DNA of 64,000 nucleotides from Patescibacteria group bacterium (GTDB taxonomy: Bacteria; Patescibacteriota; WWE3; UBA101185; 2-01-FULL-41-18). The notes below the pieces were generated by a model that ran no database searches, was not told where the DNA came from, and worked only from the letters and a program-made list of their open reading frames with translations. The position numbers were made by a program, and so were the translations under genes. This document shows, in pieces, positions 39,950 through 49,555 of the stretch. The DNA is taken from the NCBI GenBank assembly GCA_038064575.1, contig JBBTST010000012.1, positions 32 through 64,031 of the forward strand, read 5' to 3'. Each line of letters begins with the position of its first letter. Positions within the stretch are counted from its first letter, which is position 1.

Positions 39950-41839
39950 TTAACCCAAGGGTTTAGTTACCTTAATACCAACCAGCGTTTCAAATTCTTC
40001 AGCTTCTAATGTTTCTTTTAGCATTAGCTCCTGGGCTACCTTTATAAGCTTATCTTTATGTTCAGTTAAAATCTTTAATGCGTCCTCATGCGATTTATCT
40101 ATTATCTTTCTAACTTCCTGATCTATTTTTGAAGCCATCTCTTCACTATATGGTTTAGACTCCCCCATTTGCATAGCAAGCCAATAGCGTGAACCCTCAG
40201 AGTTATAAGAAATGGGTCCAAGGTCACTCATACCAAATTCTGTTACCATCTTTCTTGCAATCTCAGTTGCCTTTTCTATATCATTTGAAGCCCCAACAGT
40301 TATGTCCCCAAACATAAGCTCTTCAGCAGACCTGCCCCCAAGAGAAGTTGTGATCATAGATAAAAGCCTGGATTTAGAGTCATTAAAGCGCTCGGACGTA
40401 GGTGGGAAAAGAGTAAAACCTAAAGACATGCCTCTGGAAATAATTGAAATTCTATGAACAGGATCCATACCTTTAGTAAAAGCCGCTACCACGGCATGTC
40501 CGGCCTCATGATAGGCAACCACCTTACGCTCCTCCTCCGTCTGAAGTTTTTTCTTTTCCGGCCCAAGCTGAACCTTTAGAGCTGCTTCCTCAACATCTTT
40601 TTCATCCACGGCCTTTTTACCAAGACTTGCAGCAAGTATTGCCGCTTCATTTATCATATTTTCAATATCCGCACCTGAAAAACCAACAGTTCTTCTGGCA
40701 AGTCTTTCTGTATTCACCCCATCCACAAACGGTTTACCTCTCATATGTATTTTGATAATTTCTTCACGTTCTCTTAAATCCGGCAAAGAAATTACAACTC
40801 TTCTGTCAAATCTTCCCGGACGCACTAAAGCCGGATCCAGCATATCTGGCCTATTTGTAGCTGCTATAACAATAACGCTAACTCTTGGATCAAACCCATC
40901 CATCTCAACCAAAATCTGATTGAGTGTCTGTTCACGCTCATCATGCCCTCCCCCAATACCCATACCTCTTTGCCTACCAATCGCATCAATTTCGTCAATA
41001 AAAATAAGAGCCGGTTGAGCAGCTTTTGCCATATCAAAAAGATCTCTTACTCTTGCGCTTCCCACTCCAACAAGCATTTCCATAAACTCACTGCCGGCTA
41101 CGCTAAAGAAAGGTACTCCTGCCTCACCTGCAATCGCTTTGGCAAGCATAGTTTTTCCAACTCCAGAAGGCCCAACCAGCAAGACTCCTTTTGGAACTCT
41201 GGCACCAAGCGCCCTGTATTTACCCGGGTTTTTAAGAAAATCCACTATTTCAACAAGCTCTCTCTTAGCCTCATCGTTTCCGGCAACGTCCGTAAATTTA
41301 AGTTGGGGGCTGTTTTTATTAAAGAGCTTTGCTTTTGATTTACCAAAAGCAAAAACATCGTTTCCCGCACCTCTAACCTGTCTGAATAAAAACAAAATGA
41401 ATAGTATTGGGAGGGCAATTTGGGCAACATTTATCCAAAAAGCAGCCCAGGGGATGGTTTGTTTGACTTCAATTCCTTCAGAGATTTTATTTTTATCAAT
41501 CGAGTTATTTGTAAGCATCTCATCAAAACTTATGGATGGTTCTTTTTCTGAAGTAAAACTACTTCCATCTTTCAGATCAACTTTAACTTTATCTTCATGT
41601 ACGGTAACTTTAGTTACCTTATCTTCAAGTATAAGTTTATAAACATCTGAAATAGGTTTTTTGACCGTGGTTGCTTGTTCCTGAATATATGGGGAAATAA
41701 CACTTAAAAGTATAAGCCCTAGTAACAGGTAAAAAAAGACGTTTGTGAAAATGCTCTTTTCAGGCGTTTTGTTCAACCCATTACTTCCAATTCCCTTGAA
41801 AAAAGTTTGTTTGTGATTTTTTTTAACATCTTTAGGCAT
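39950..41839 (-). CDS. ftsH: ATP-dependent zinc metalloprotease FtsH
   Basis: 629 aa with two N-terminal TM helices, the AAA Walker A GPSGVGKT and the Zn motif HEAGHAVVA. Confidence 0.92.
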   Translation of the reverse strand: MPKDVKKNHKQTFFKGIGSNGLNKTPEKSIFTNVFFYLLLGLILLSVISPYIQEQATTVKKPISDVYKLILEDKVTKVTVHEDKVKVDLKDGSSFTSEKEPSISFDEMLTNNSIDKNKISEGIEVKQTIPWAAFWINVAQIALPILFILFLFRQVRGAGNDVFAFGKSKAKLFNKNSPQLKFTDVAGNDEAKRELVEIVDFLKNPGKYRALGARVPKGVLLVGPSGVGKTMLAKAIAGEAGVPFFSVAGSEFMEMLVGVGSARVRDLFDMAKAAQPALIFIDEIDAIGRQRGMGIGGGHDEREQTLNQILVEMDGFDPRVSVIVIAATNRPDMLDPALVRPGRFDRRVVISLPDLREREEIIKIHMRGKPFVDGVNTERLARRTVGFSGADIENMINEAAILAASLGKKAVDEKDVEEAALKVQLGPEKKKLQTEEERKVVAYHEAGHAVVAAFTKGMDPVHRISIISRGMSLGFTLFPPTSERFNDSKSRLLSMITTSLGGRSAEELMFGDITVGASNDIEKATEIARKMVTEFGMSDLGPISYNSEGSRYWLAMQMGESKPYSEEMASKIDQEVRKIIDKSHEDALKILTEHKDKLIKVAQELMLKETLEAEEFETLVGIKVTKPLG

Positions 41840-41866
41840 AGTACGCGCTACAGTATATCATGAAGT

Positions 41867-42865
41867 TTAATAATTTAGCTTCAATGCGTTTTTTACTAAA
41901 TCTAACGTTTGCTTTGCTTCCAGTCTTACTTTTTTTATCCCCGCTTGAAGGATATCTTCCACCTTTTTGGGGCTGGAATTATAAAATGCTCTTTGCTGCC
42001 TAATTGGTTCCAAAAACTCATCAAGAGCCTTGAATAGCTTTTCTTTGACCTCAATATCCCCCACTTTTCCAATTTTGTAACGATTCTTCAAATCCTCAAC
42101 TTCTCTCTTATCTTGATTGAAGGCATCATGATATATAAATATTGGATTGCCTTCAACTCTCCCAGGGTCGGTTGCATGAACTCGTGCCGGATCTGTATAC
42201 ATCTTCATAACTTTTCTTTTTACCTCCTCTGAAGAATCGCTTAAAAAAATGCAGTTGTCTAAAGATTTTGTCATTTTAGCGTTCCCATCTGTTCCAACAA
42301 GCCTTGCTACTCTTCCAACCAACCCTTGAGGTTCTTTTAGTACTTCCTTAAAAGTTGTGTTAAATTTCCTTGCAATCTCTCTAGTCAACTCCACATGTGG
42401 GCTTTGATCCTCCCCAACCGGAACAAGATCCGCATTGACGCACAAAATGTCTGCGGCCATCAATAATGGGAAATTTAAAAATCCCATTGAAAAGGTATCC
42501 CCTAAATTTTTATCTCTAATTTCATCTTTAATAGTTGGGTTTCTAAGAATAGTGTTATGAGAGGTAAGCATGCTAAATATGATCCCAAGTTCATAAATTT
42601 CAGGCACTGCCGATTCTGTAAAAAAAGCAACTTTCTCAGGATCAAGCCCTACTGAAAGATTATCTTTCAGTACATCAAGCACTGAATCATTAACTATTTG
42701 AACGTTTGTAATGTACTTTGGATAGGCAAGTGCATGCATATCAGCAAGAATTACAAAAGTTTCATAAGAATCCTGAAGCTTTAACCTATTTTCAAGACTT
42801 CCTACAAAATGCCCAATGTGAAGTTGGCCTGTTGTATTGTCTCCGGTTAAAATTCTTTTTTTCAT
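41867..42865 (-). CDS. trpS: tryptophanyl-tRNA synthetase
   Basis: ATG at 42865 (MKKRILTGDNTTGQLHIGH). It carries the class I HIGH motif, KMTKS (KMSKS-like) and TrpRS length (333 aa). Confidence 0.85.
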   Translation of the reverse strand: MKKRILTGDNTTGQLHIGHFVGSLENRLKLQDSYETFVILADMHALAYPKYITNVQIVNDSVLDVLKDNLSVGLDPEKVAFFTESAVPEIYELGIIFSMLTSHNTILRNPTIKDEIRDKNLGDTFSMGFLNFPLLMAADILCVNADLVPVGEDQSPHVELTREIARKFNTTFKEVLKEPQGLVGRVARLVGTDGNAKMTKSLDNCIFLSDSSEEVKRKVMKMYTDPARVHATDPGRVEGNPIFIYHDAFNQDKREVEDLKNRYKIGKVGDIEVKEKLFKALDEFLEPIRQQRAFYNSSPKKVEDILQAGIKKVRLEAKQTLDLVKNALKLNY

Positions 42866-43015
42866 ATAATGAAATTCCTTCTTAAACAGTAACAAATAAA
42901 CTTGATTTTGAAAAAGGGAAAGCAAAAATTGTGGCTTAATGCCACCAGATACAAGAAGTATTTTGATTAGACAGGAAGCTAAATTCCATAACCTAAAAAC
43001 AATTCTACCAGATTT

Positions 43016-43090
43016 TGGTGCCAGCGGTAGGAATCGAACCTACGACATGGGCTTTATGAGGGCCCCGTTCCACCATTGAACTACGCTGGC
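43016..43090 (-). tRNA. tRNA-Met (anticodon CAT; elongator type, could alternatively be lysidine-modified tRNA-Ile2)
   Basis: Reverse complement GCCAGCGTAGTTCAATGGTGGAACGGGGCCCTCATAAAGCCCATGTCGTAGGTTCGATTCCTACCGCTGGCACCA. It has a G1:C72 pair, so it is not an initiator. T-loop is TTCGATT. Confidence 0.85.
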
Positions 43091-43215
43091 CTAAAAACTT
43101 GCGGTATTATATCATGCTACCAAAGAACTAAGATAAAAATAAGTCAAAGGAGAGACTTATCCCACATTTTGATACTTAGCTTTGGATGACCTTCCGGATA
43201 AAGAAAGGAGTCAAT

Positions 43216-43401
43216 ATGATGCATGCAGATAATTGGCCGCTTCTGCTGGTAATTTTGGTGGTTGCGGGATTGCTCTACTGGACATTCGGGTATCTTCATA
43301 ACCATTGTCCAATCTGTAACCAAAAAGACTGTAAGTCTATGGGAGGACAAGCTCCTTGCGTTCCCAGGAAGGAGCCTTACTCTGGAGAAGATCACCTATA
43401 G
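43216..43401 (+). CDS. small membrane protein with C-terminal Cys cluster (hypothetical)
   Basis: AAGGAG 6 nt upstream of ATG 43216. 61 aa: MMHADNWPLLLVILVVAGLLYWTFGYLHNHCPICNQKDCKSMGGQAPCVPRKEPYSGEDHL (TM helix plus CxxC..C..C). Confidence 0.35.
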   Translation: MMHADNWPLLLVILVVAGLLYWTFGYLHNHCPICNQKDCKSMGGQAPCVPRKEPYSGEDHL

Positions 43402-43407
43402 GACTTC

Positions 43408-43449
43408 ATGCTGTCAGACTTTAAGCTTCAAAGCAGGCTCTGACAGCAT
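43408..43449 (+). other. perfect 11-bp inverted repeat hairpin (ATGCTGTCAGA ... TCTGACAGCAT, 20-nt loop)
   Basis: Lies directly after the small ORF stop. No U-tract follows, so it may be a Rho-independent-like terminator or a protein-binding palindrome. Confidence 0.4.
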
Positions 43450-43561
43450 CAAACCTATAAAAGAGGGCTGCCATCGCCGTTACCAAAAAGCTAAATGTTC
43501 TTCATTTGCATGTACCAACTTTAAAGAAAAAATTGAGGAAACAGTGAAGTCTAAGGTTTAT

Positions 43562-43635
43562 TGGTTGCGGGGCCGGGATTCGAACCCGGACCCCCAGATT
43601 ATGAGCCTGGTGAGGTGCCATTCCTCCACCCCGCG
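43562..43635 (-). tRNA. initiator tRNA-fMet (anticodon CAT)
   Basis: Reverse complement CGCGGGGTGGAGGAATGGCACCTCACCAGGCTCATAATCTGGGGGTCCGGGTTCGAATCCCGGCCCCGCAACCA. It has a C1xA72 mismatch, an A11:U24 pair, and near-identity to the E. coli tRNA-fMet acceptor and T arms. Confidence 0.85.
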
Positions 43636-43704
43636 TTATAAGTTTAGAACCAAAACGGACCTTTAAGCCCCGTATAAAACCGACTGAATGGTAGCAGAAC
43701 AAGC

Positions 43705-44088
43705 TTACCTTGTCAAAAAAAGCCTCAACCACTTCTTGTAGTTTGGCTCCTGGGTAATTGTTGTCAAAAACTTTAAGTCAAAGGCGTTCTGCTCCCCGGA
43801 ATTTTCCACTCCCAAAACTTCTGACGGAATAACAATTTTCTCACCCGGTTTTACCATGTTTAGCTTATTTCTAGCTTCACTCTCAATAAAATTCACGGAG
43901 TTCTTGTACTCCAAATCTTTCTTTAGAGCATCATTCTGAGTTTTAGCCTGGTCAAATGCCACTTTGAGCTCATCAGTTCTTTTACTACTCTTATACACTT
44001 CACCTGTAGTCTTAATAATATTATAGGTTGACAAAGCCACCAGACCCAACACTACAACAACCTTGAATTTTAACAGAAAATCAAACAT
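43705..44088 (-). CDS. ftsB: cell division protein FtsB/DivIC-like (septum formation initiator)
   Basis: 127 aa with an N-terminal TM helix, a coiled coil, and the C-terminal consensus IESEARNKLNMVKPGEKIVI. Confidence 0.6.
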   Translation of the reverse strand: MFDFLLKFKVVVVLGLVALSTYNIIKTTGEVYKSSKRTDELKVAFDQAKTQNDALKKDLEYKNSVNFIESEARNKLNMVKPGEKIVIPSEVLGVENSGEQNAFDLKFLTTITQEPNYKKWLRLFLTR

Positions 44089-44189
44089 CTTAAGTCTTTT
44101 TAAACCCTATAGTTATTAGAATTGACAGCGTTCTAACAAAATGATAACCTAACCCATAGAAGTAAATTGATTCAACTATAGGAAAGATT

Positions 44190-45053
44190 ATGATCCCGCT
44201 AAAAACGGCCCACAAGAGCTTTGTTGAACACTTAAAAAAGAATAACCGCTCTGATGCAACAATTATAGCCTACAGCAAAGATGTTGAACAGCTTTCTGAC
44301 TACCTTTTAAAGAAAGGCAGAGACCTGGTTCACGAAGTAATCCTTGAGGATCTCAAAGAGTACATGAAAAAGTTAACCGGAGAAAACCTTACCCCTAAAA
44401 CCATTTCCAGAAAGACAAATTCAACCAAAACCTTTTTTAAGTATCTAAAAGTAGAAGGGCATGTTGAAAATGATCCTGCGCAAGATCTGGCACACCCTAA
44501 GGTTGACCCTAAAGCTCCAAGAATCCTTTCAAAAGTGGAATATAGAGCCTTAAGAGACGCTTGCAAAAATGACAAGAGAACCTTGGCAATTGTTGAGCTT
44601 CTCCTTCAAACAGGTATCAGAATTGGAGAACTTGCAAAACTTAAAATAACTGACGCCACCTTTGGAGAAGACGGAGTTTTAAAGGTTCCGTTTCTTGGAA
44701 CACATCCAACCAGACAAGTCCCCCTTAATACGGCAGCTCAAAAGGCTATTAAAGATTATCTTGAAATCAGAGGCGACGTTAACAACGAACATCTTTTTAT
44801 CACAAAAAGCGGAAATCCCCTCCTTATAAGAAATATTAGGGCAACCATTGATAGATATTTCAAACTTGCCGGTATAGAAAATGCTAAAGTCAATGACCTA
44901 AGGCATACTTTTGTAGCCCACCATTTAAAAGAGGGTGCTAGCATTGTGTTACTGTCAAAAATTGCCGGACATAAAAGAATTTCAACTACTGAAAAGTATC
45001 TGGAATATGTTGAGAGAAACGGTGAAGAAAAAGCAGAGCTTAGCGAGCTTTAA
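44190..45053 (+). CDS. xerD: tyrosine site-specific recombinase XerC/XerD-like
   Basis: 287 aa with an N-terminal SAM-like core-binding domain. The catalytic residues are R (TGIRIGEL), HxxR (LRHTFVAHH) and H...Y (GHKRISTTEKYLEY). Confidence 0.8.
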   Translation: MIPLKTAHKSFVEHLKKNNRSDATIIAYSKDVEQLSDYLLKKGRDLVHEVILEDLKEYMKKLTGENLTPKTISRKTNSTKTFFKYLKVEGHVENDPAQDLAHPKVDPKAPRILSKVEYRALRDACKNDKRTLAIVELLLQTGIRIGELAKLKITDATFGEDGVLKVPFLGTHPTRQVPLNTAAQKAIKDYLEIRGDVNNEHLFITKSGNPLLIRNIRATIDRYFKLAGIENAKVNDLRHTFVAHHLKEGASIVLLSKIAGHKRISTTEKYLEYVERNGEEKAELSEL

Positions 45054-45152
45054 GAAAGCAAACACAAACTCCTTTCGACAAATTTATATTAATCTGTTAT
45101 CCAACATATAAAATCAAGAAAAATGAAAGGGTTTTTAGAGATGCAATCCCAT

Positions 45153-45626
45153 CTATTTATCAGCTGTCAGACTCCTACTCTTTTTAATCCTAATACTAAT
45201 GAGAACAGTTACCAAAACTACTAGTGCTAAAAAGGACACAATCCCAAAAAGGATCAAAGAAGTGTAATTAGGTTGAAAAGGTTTGGAGGGCTCCTTGCAA
45301 TACAAAAAGATAGAGGAAAAATCTATTCCATACTCCTTAACTTTAAACTCTTGAGGACCAAGCCCTATAGGAATTTTGCATGTTGTAGTCAGTGATTCAT
45401 TAAGCGTGTAATCTTGGACCTTTCCACCAAATCTTAAAACGCACCTTTCTCCTTCAAATCCCGCTATTTCATAAGCAAAGTTTCCGGTTGGTATATAAAT
45501 TTTTTCTGAAGTAGTTAGGCATTGTTGAAAGTCTATAACAACTGTTCTATCCTGATACATAAATTTATGATAGCACGTATAAAAACAATACAATCCGGTT
45601 GTAAAAGGCACTTCTCCCTTATCCAT
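45153..45626 (-). CDS. hypothetical C-terminally membrane-anchored Cys-containing protein
   Basis: 157 aa with a C-terminal TM helix (ILFGIVSFLALVVLVTVLI) and 7 Cys in the N-terminal domain. Confidence 0.5.
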   Translation of the reverse strand: MDKGEVPFTTGLYCFYTCYHKFMYQDRTVVIDFQQCLTTSEKIYIPTGNFAYEIAGFEGERCVLRFGGKVQDYTLNESLTTTCKIPIGLGPQEFKVKEYGIDFSSIFLYCKEPSKPFQPNYTSLILFGIVSFLALVVLVTVLISIRIKKSRSLTADK

Positions 45627-45690
45627 TCAGCTTTTGCAGCTTCCATAACAGCTTTAGGTTTGGTATTAATTCAATATAAAAAGTTAAATT

Positions 45691-46731
45691 ATGACTTCAA
45701 AAGAAATGGCTGAAAATCTGACGGTAATAATCCCGGCTTATAATGAAGCGGCGTCCATTGAGGATACTATCAGAAGCATTCAAAACCAAACAACTCCGCC
45801 AAGGGAAATAATTGTTGTGGACGATTTTTCATCTGATGAAACAGGCGAACTTGCCAAATCACTTGGAGTCAGTGTTCTAAGACCTCCAAAAAATACCGGG
45901 ACCAAAGCGGGAGCACAGAACTTTGCACTGCAGCAGGTTGACACAAAGTTTTCAATGGCAATTGATGCAGACACTATACTAGCTCCTGATGCTATAGAAA
46001 AACTCATAGTTGTTTTAGAGGATGAGGAAGTTGCAGCTGCTTGCGGGTCTGTCATACCAAGATACAAAAATACTTTGTGGGAGAGGGGAAGATATATAGA
46101 ATATCTGTTTGCATTCACTTTTTATAAACCTATTCAGGATTATTATGAGAAACCATTAATCTCTTCAGGGTGTTTCTCTGTATACAGAACAAGTAATCTT
46201 AAAGAGCAGGGAGGCTGGAGTACCAGGACCATGGCGGAAGATATGGACTTGACCTGGAGTTTTTATGCAAAAGGATACAAGGTAAGATTTGTTCCGGGAG
46301 CGGTGTGTTACCCTATAGAGCCGGAGAATTTTGATTTTATGAAGAAACAACTTAAAAGATGGTCGCATGGTTTTATCCAAAATGTAATGCTTCATTCTAG
46401 GGACACTTCCCATTTACCGGTCCTAAGATCAATGATTACCATTGGGGTATGGGATGCCGTTGTAGCATCTATGGCATATTTATTGCTTATTCCACTATTG
46501 GCCATCATTTTTAGAAATCCTATCTTTCTTCTAGGTTACATCATAGACCTCCCTGCTGTTATGGTGCCTCCAATAATTAAAGGTTTCGAGAGAAAGGAGC
46601 TTGCTTTAACACTATCTAGCATTCCGTCTTTTTTTGTGCTTAGAACAGTAAACTGTCTGTTTGTTCTTGAAGCCGTTTTCAGCGAAGTGATTTTAAGAAA
46701 GAGATTAACTGTTTATCAGAAAGGGCACTAA
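45691..46731 (+). CDS. family 2 glycosyltransferase (processive synthase-like, QxxRW motif)
   Basis: 346 aa with an N-terminal GT-A fold (VIIPAYNEA...VVDDFSSDET), a DxD (AIDADT), QLKRW (QxxRW) and C-terminal TM helices. Confidence 0.8.
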   Translation: MTSKEMAENLTVIIPAYNEAASIEDTIRSIQNQTTPPREIIVVDDFSSDETGELAKSLGVSVLRPPKNTGTKAGAQNFALQQVDTKFSMAIDADTILAPDAIEKLIVVLEDEEVAAACGSVIPRYKNTLWERGRYIEYLFAFTFYKPIQDYYEKPLISSGCFSVYRTSNLKEQGGWSTRTMAEDMDLTWSFYAKGYKVRFVPGAVCYPIEPENFDFMKKQLKRWSHGFIQNVMLHSRDTSHLPVLRSMITIGVWDAVVASMAYLLLIPLLAIIFRNPIFLLGYIIDLPAVMVPPIIKGFERKELALTLSSIPSFFVLRTVNCLFVLEAVFSEVILRKRLTVYQKGH

Positions 46732-46733
46732 AT

Positions 46734-47096
46734 ATGAATGTAGGGTTACCCACAACAGGTTTGGGAGGCATATTCTATATACTTAGCGGCCTGCTTATGC
46801 CCTTTATAGAACTTATATATACATTTAGAGAAAAAAGCAGTACAGCCAGGTGGAAAGTTGTTTTTAGACAAGTGGGAATAACCATGGGGATACTTGCATT
46901 GATCTGGATTACAAGCTTAGTGCTAAAAATTTTTATTCCCAATCAAGCTTCAAACCTGATTCCAGTGGAGACGAATGCTATTTATAGCATAAGCTATATA
47001 AGAATTGTACTTGCTTCCCCCATACTGGCATTAGGTACAATCTTGGGAATCTCCTGGATAGCAAGCCTCTTCTTAAGAAAAAGACCCGCTAAGTAA
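46734..47096 (+). CDS. hypothetical integral membrane protein (3-4 TM)
   Basis: 120 aa ORF starting 3 nt after the GT2 stop. Hydrophobic. Confidence 0.5.
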   Translation: MNVGLPTTGLGGIFYILSGLLMPFIELIYTFREKSSTARWKVVFRQVGITMGILALIWITSLVLKIFIPNQASNLIPVETNAIYSISYIRIVLASPILALGTILGISWIASLFLRKRPAK

Positions 47097-47109
47097 AATC
47101 CTTATTCTC

Positions 47110-47184
47110 TGGTGGGCGAGGATGGGATCGGACCATCGACATCCACTTTATAAGAGTGGCGCTCTACCACTGAGCTACTCGCCC
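47110..47184 (-). tRNA. tRNA-Ile (anticodon TAT) with atypical T-loop (C55)
   Basis: Reverse complement GGGCGAGTAGCTCAGTGGTAGAGCGCCACTCTTATAAAGTGGATGTCGATGGTCCGATCCCATCCTCGCCCACCA. All four stems pair. The anticodon loop is CTTATAA (U33, UAU, A37). The T-loop reads TCCGATC, not the canonical TTCGAAT. Confidence 0.6.
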
Positions 47185-47296
47185 CAAAACAATACAAAAC
47201 TTACGGCATTATAGGGCAGCCAATGGTTCCTTTCAACGACACCTTTGCTTATAAAAGACTCAGGGTATAAACTGCCAGTAAAAAGGAGATGTACGA

Positions 47297-47557
47297 ATGG
47301 CTTATGGAATTGTTTTGCAAACGGGAGCTGAGCTGAGAGTTGGAAAGGAAGCTTGTAATGCATGGCATTTGAAAAGGTTTGCTCCTGCAAATCTTTCGTT
47401 GCCTTCAGGAACTATTGTTAAGGTTATACAATCAACCAAAGATCAAGCAATAGTTGTTGTGACGGAGCTTCCTGACAATGCCGGGGATGGTGAAGTCATA
47501 GTAGGCCTCAGAGTCAGAGTAACTTACGTGTATTTTGATAACCTAAATCCAATCTAG
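47297..47557 (+). CDS. hypothetical small protein
   Basis: 86 aa ORF with AAGGAG 8 nt upstream of the ATG. No family recognised. Confidence 0.45.
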   Translation: MAYGIVLQTGAELRVGKEACNAWHLKRFAPANLSLPSGTIVKVIQSTKDQAIVVVTELPDNAGDGEVIVGLRVRVTYVYFDNLNPI

Positions 47558-47605
47558 TAAATGAAGCGCGGAATGTCTCCTAAGATATTTCGCGCTTATT
47601 TAAAG

Positions 47606-47971
47606 TTACAAATCTTTTAAATGTCTTGAATAGAAAACAAAATTTTTGAATTCACGCAGAAGCCTTTTATCTTTTGAGTAGGCTCTGCCTTTGTGCTTAT
47701 CAATCTGTCGTACCAGTTCTCCTACGGCTTCATCCACAACACCCTCCAGACTAAAACCTCCCTCTTTTGCCACAAAAGCCGCCCCGGGAATCCAAAGTTC
47801 AAGTTTTATCAAATAGCCAAAACCCGGCGCTTTATTAACTACAATCCGTAAATCTTTAAGCTCTTCGCTTACATCTACAAGATGTTTCTCAATTTTTTTG
47901 AGTTTTTCATGGATTAGATCAGAGGTCCGCGGACTTACTCTAAAGTTTGTGGAGGTTATCTGATAAGACAT
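47606..47971 (-). CDS. hpf: ribosome hibernation promoting factor / RaiA (S30AE family, short form)
   Basis: 121 aa with N-terminal MSYQITSTNFRVSPRTSDLIHEKLKKIEKHL and the beta-alpha-beta-beta-beta-alpha pattern of YfiA/HPF. Confidence 0.7.
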   Translation of the reverse strand: MSYQITSTNFRVSPRTSDLIHEKLKKIEKHLVDVSEELKDLRIVVNKAPGFGYLIKLELWIPGAAFVAKEGGFSLEGVVDEAVGELVRQIDKHKGRAYSKDKRLLREFKNFVFYSRHLKDL

Positions 47972-48049
47972 CCAACCTCAGTATACTATGAAAATTAATA
48001 AAACTGAAAGGACCTAAAGATAAATTTAAATTGGAAAAGAAGCTCAAAA

Positions 48050-49186
48050 TCACCCGTTAAAATCCCGTCTTGCTTCAATAATCTCTGAGTATTCCTTCCT
48101 ATCCAAAGCTCTATTGATAAGAATACAACCATCCAACTTCCCCTCCCTTATAAAAAATTGAATGGCTTCTCTATTGGACAAAACTTTGGTCTTAGTAATG
48201 GTTTTCTCATCCATTCCTGAAAAGCCCAAAAAGACAATGCTTACACCCCTTGCAGAGGTTGAATAGGAGGACAGTTGGTCATAGGAAGTGTCCAACCCAA
48301 GCATATTTAAAGCTGCAAATCTACCTGAAACTAAAGCGTTACTCCAGTTTCCATACTTGACTTGACGGTTGAGTTTCTTACTGAAAAACTTTACAACGTC
48401 TCCTGATGCAAACACATCTGTAACATTAGTTTTCAAAAATTCGTCTGTCACAAGACCTCCGTCAAATTTTACTCCAGCTTGGGAAAATATAGTCTCTGAA
48501 ACATCCAGTCCTATACCAACTCCTGTCACAGAGTTGGAGGAGTCAATATCAAGAGAGAGCAAATCCCTATCACCATAATGAACTATTACTCCTGACTCAG
48601 ATAAAAGTTTTGTGATCATAGAAGAGACCTCCGGGCTTAAAAAGTTAGCCCAAAAGCCTTTTTCCGCAACGCATAAGTGAGTTTCAAGCCCATAATGCTT
48701 AAAGGCTTCAACCAGCTCAGTGGCAATAAAACCGCTTCCAATTACTATTCCTCTTTCAGGTAGTGTGGGAGCAGTAAGAACAGCTTTTAAGGCATCAGCA
48801 TCTTCTATTGTATGCATATAAAGTTCGTTTTTATGTTTGTTTAGTTTTTTTGGAGTGCCTCCGGTAGTTAACAGAAGTTTTTTATAAGTAAATTCGGAAG
48901 CATCATTTGTTTTTATAATTTTTTGTTCCGTGTCAACACTTATGGCAGCCTTTTTCAGTAAAAGGTCTATTTTTTTATCATCATAATCTTTTGAAGAACG
49001 TAAGAAGATTTGACTTCTTTCTTTTACTCCCTTGATATAGTGGGGAATCTGAACACGCGAATAGAGAGTATTTGCTTCAGCATCTACTATTGCAATTGTT
49101 GCCTGCTCATCATTTTCTCTAAGAGTTTCGGCCGCTGTAACCCCAGAAACTCCACCACCTATAATCAAATAATCGTAACTTTTCAT
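48050..49186 (-). CDS. FAD-dependent pyridine nucleotide-disulfide family oxidoreductase (ferredoxin/rubredoxin reductase-like, no redox-active Cys)
   Basis: 378 aa with an N-terminal FAD motif (YLIIGGGVSGVTAAE), a second Rossmann motif (GIVIGSGFIATE) and no CxxxxC. Sits directly downstream of a ferredoxin gene. Confidence 0.8.
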   Translation of the reverse strand: MKSYDYLIIGGGVSGVTAAETLRENDEQATIAIVDAEANTLYSRVQIPHYIKGVKERSQIFLRSSKDYDDKKIDLLLKKAAISVDTEQKIIKTNDASEFTYKKLLLTTGGTPKKLNKHKNELYMHTIEDADALKAVLTAPTLPERGIVIGSGFIATELVEAFKHYGLETHLCVAEKGFWANFLSPEVSSMITKLLSESGVIVHYGDRDLLSLDIDSSNSVTGVGIGLDVSETIFSQAGVKFDGGLVTDEFLKTNVTDVFASGDVVKFFSKKLNRQVKYGNWSNALVSGRFAALNMLGLDTSYDQLSSYSTSARGVSIVFLGFSGMDEKTITKTKVLSNREAIQFFIREGKLDGCILINRALDRKEYSEIIEARRDFNG

Positions 49187-49245
49187 ACCTTAAACCAAAA
49201 ATAAAGTTTTACTGCCTTGAAAAATGTGGAAGATTTCAATTTTCC

Positions 49246-49479
49246 TCACTGAGTGATCTTTTCCCCAAACTCATCAAAAAGCTCTATTGCTTGTGTTGGA
49301 CAAGATTGAGCAGCTATCATTATGGACTCATCAGCATCTCCATGCATATCAGTAATAATAGCTTTATTTTCACCGTCTAATTCAAATGTTTTTCCGGCTA
49401 CCACAACACAGGTCCCGGCACCAATACAAAGATCCCGATTAACTACAACCTTGGCTATTTTCTTTTTTGCATCTGTCAT
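49246..49479 (-). CDS. ferredoxin (single [4Fe-4S]/[3Fe-4S] cluster type)
   Basis: 77 aa with CIGAGTC ... SCP, the Fer4_13-type mono-cluster ligand pattern. Confidence 0.7.
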   Translation of the reverse strand: MTDAKKKIAKVVVNRDLCIGAGTCVVVAGKTFELDGENKAIITDMHGDADESIMIAAQSCPTQAIELFDEFGEKITQ

Positions 49480-49555
49480 AAATTTTCTATACCTTTCGCA
49501 AACGATTCTACCCGATTCAAAATAGTTTTTGAAGCCCTGATTTTGTTAGTTAGCG

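Noticed and set aside
43262-43732. ORFs 43262..43666(+) and 43502..43732(-)
   Set aside because: They overlap the initiator tRNA gene and the hairpin region. They have no RBS and unusual composition.
44190-45053. Xer-like recombinase as the integrase of a tRNA-targeted mobile element
   Set aside because: The flanking genes are housekeeping or envelope genes (ftsB, GT2). No direct repeat of a tRNA 3' end was spotted, and the N-terminal SAM-like domain and 287-aa length fit chromosomal XerC/D.
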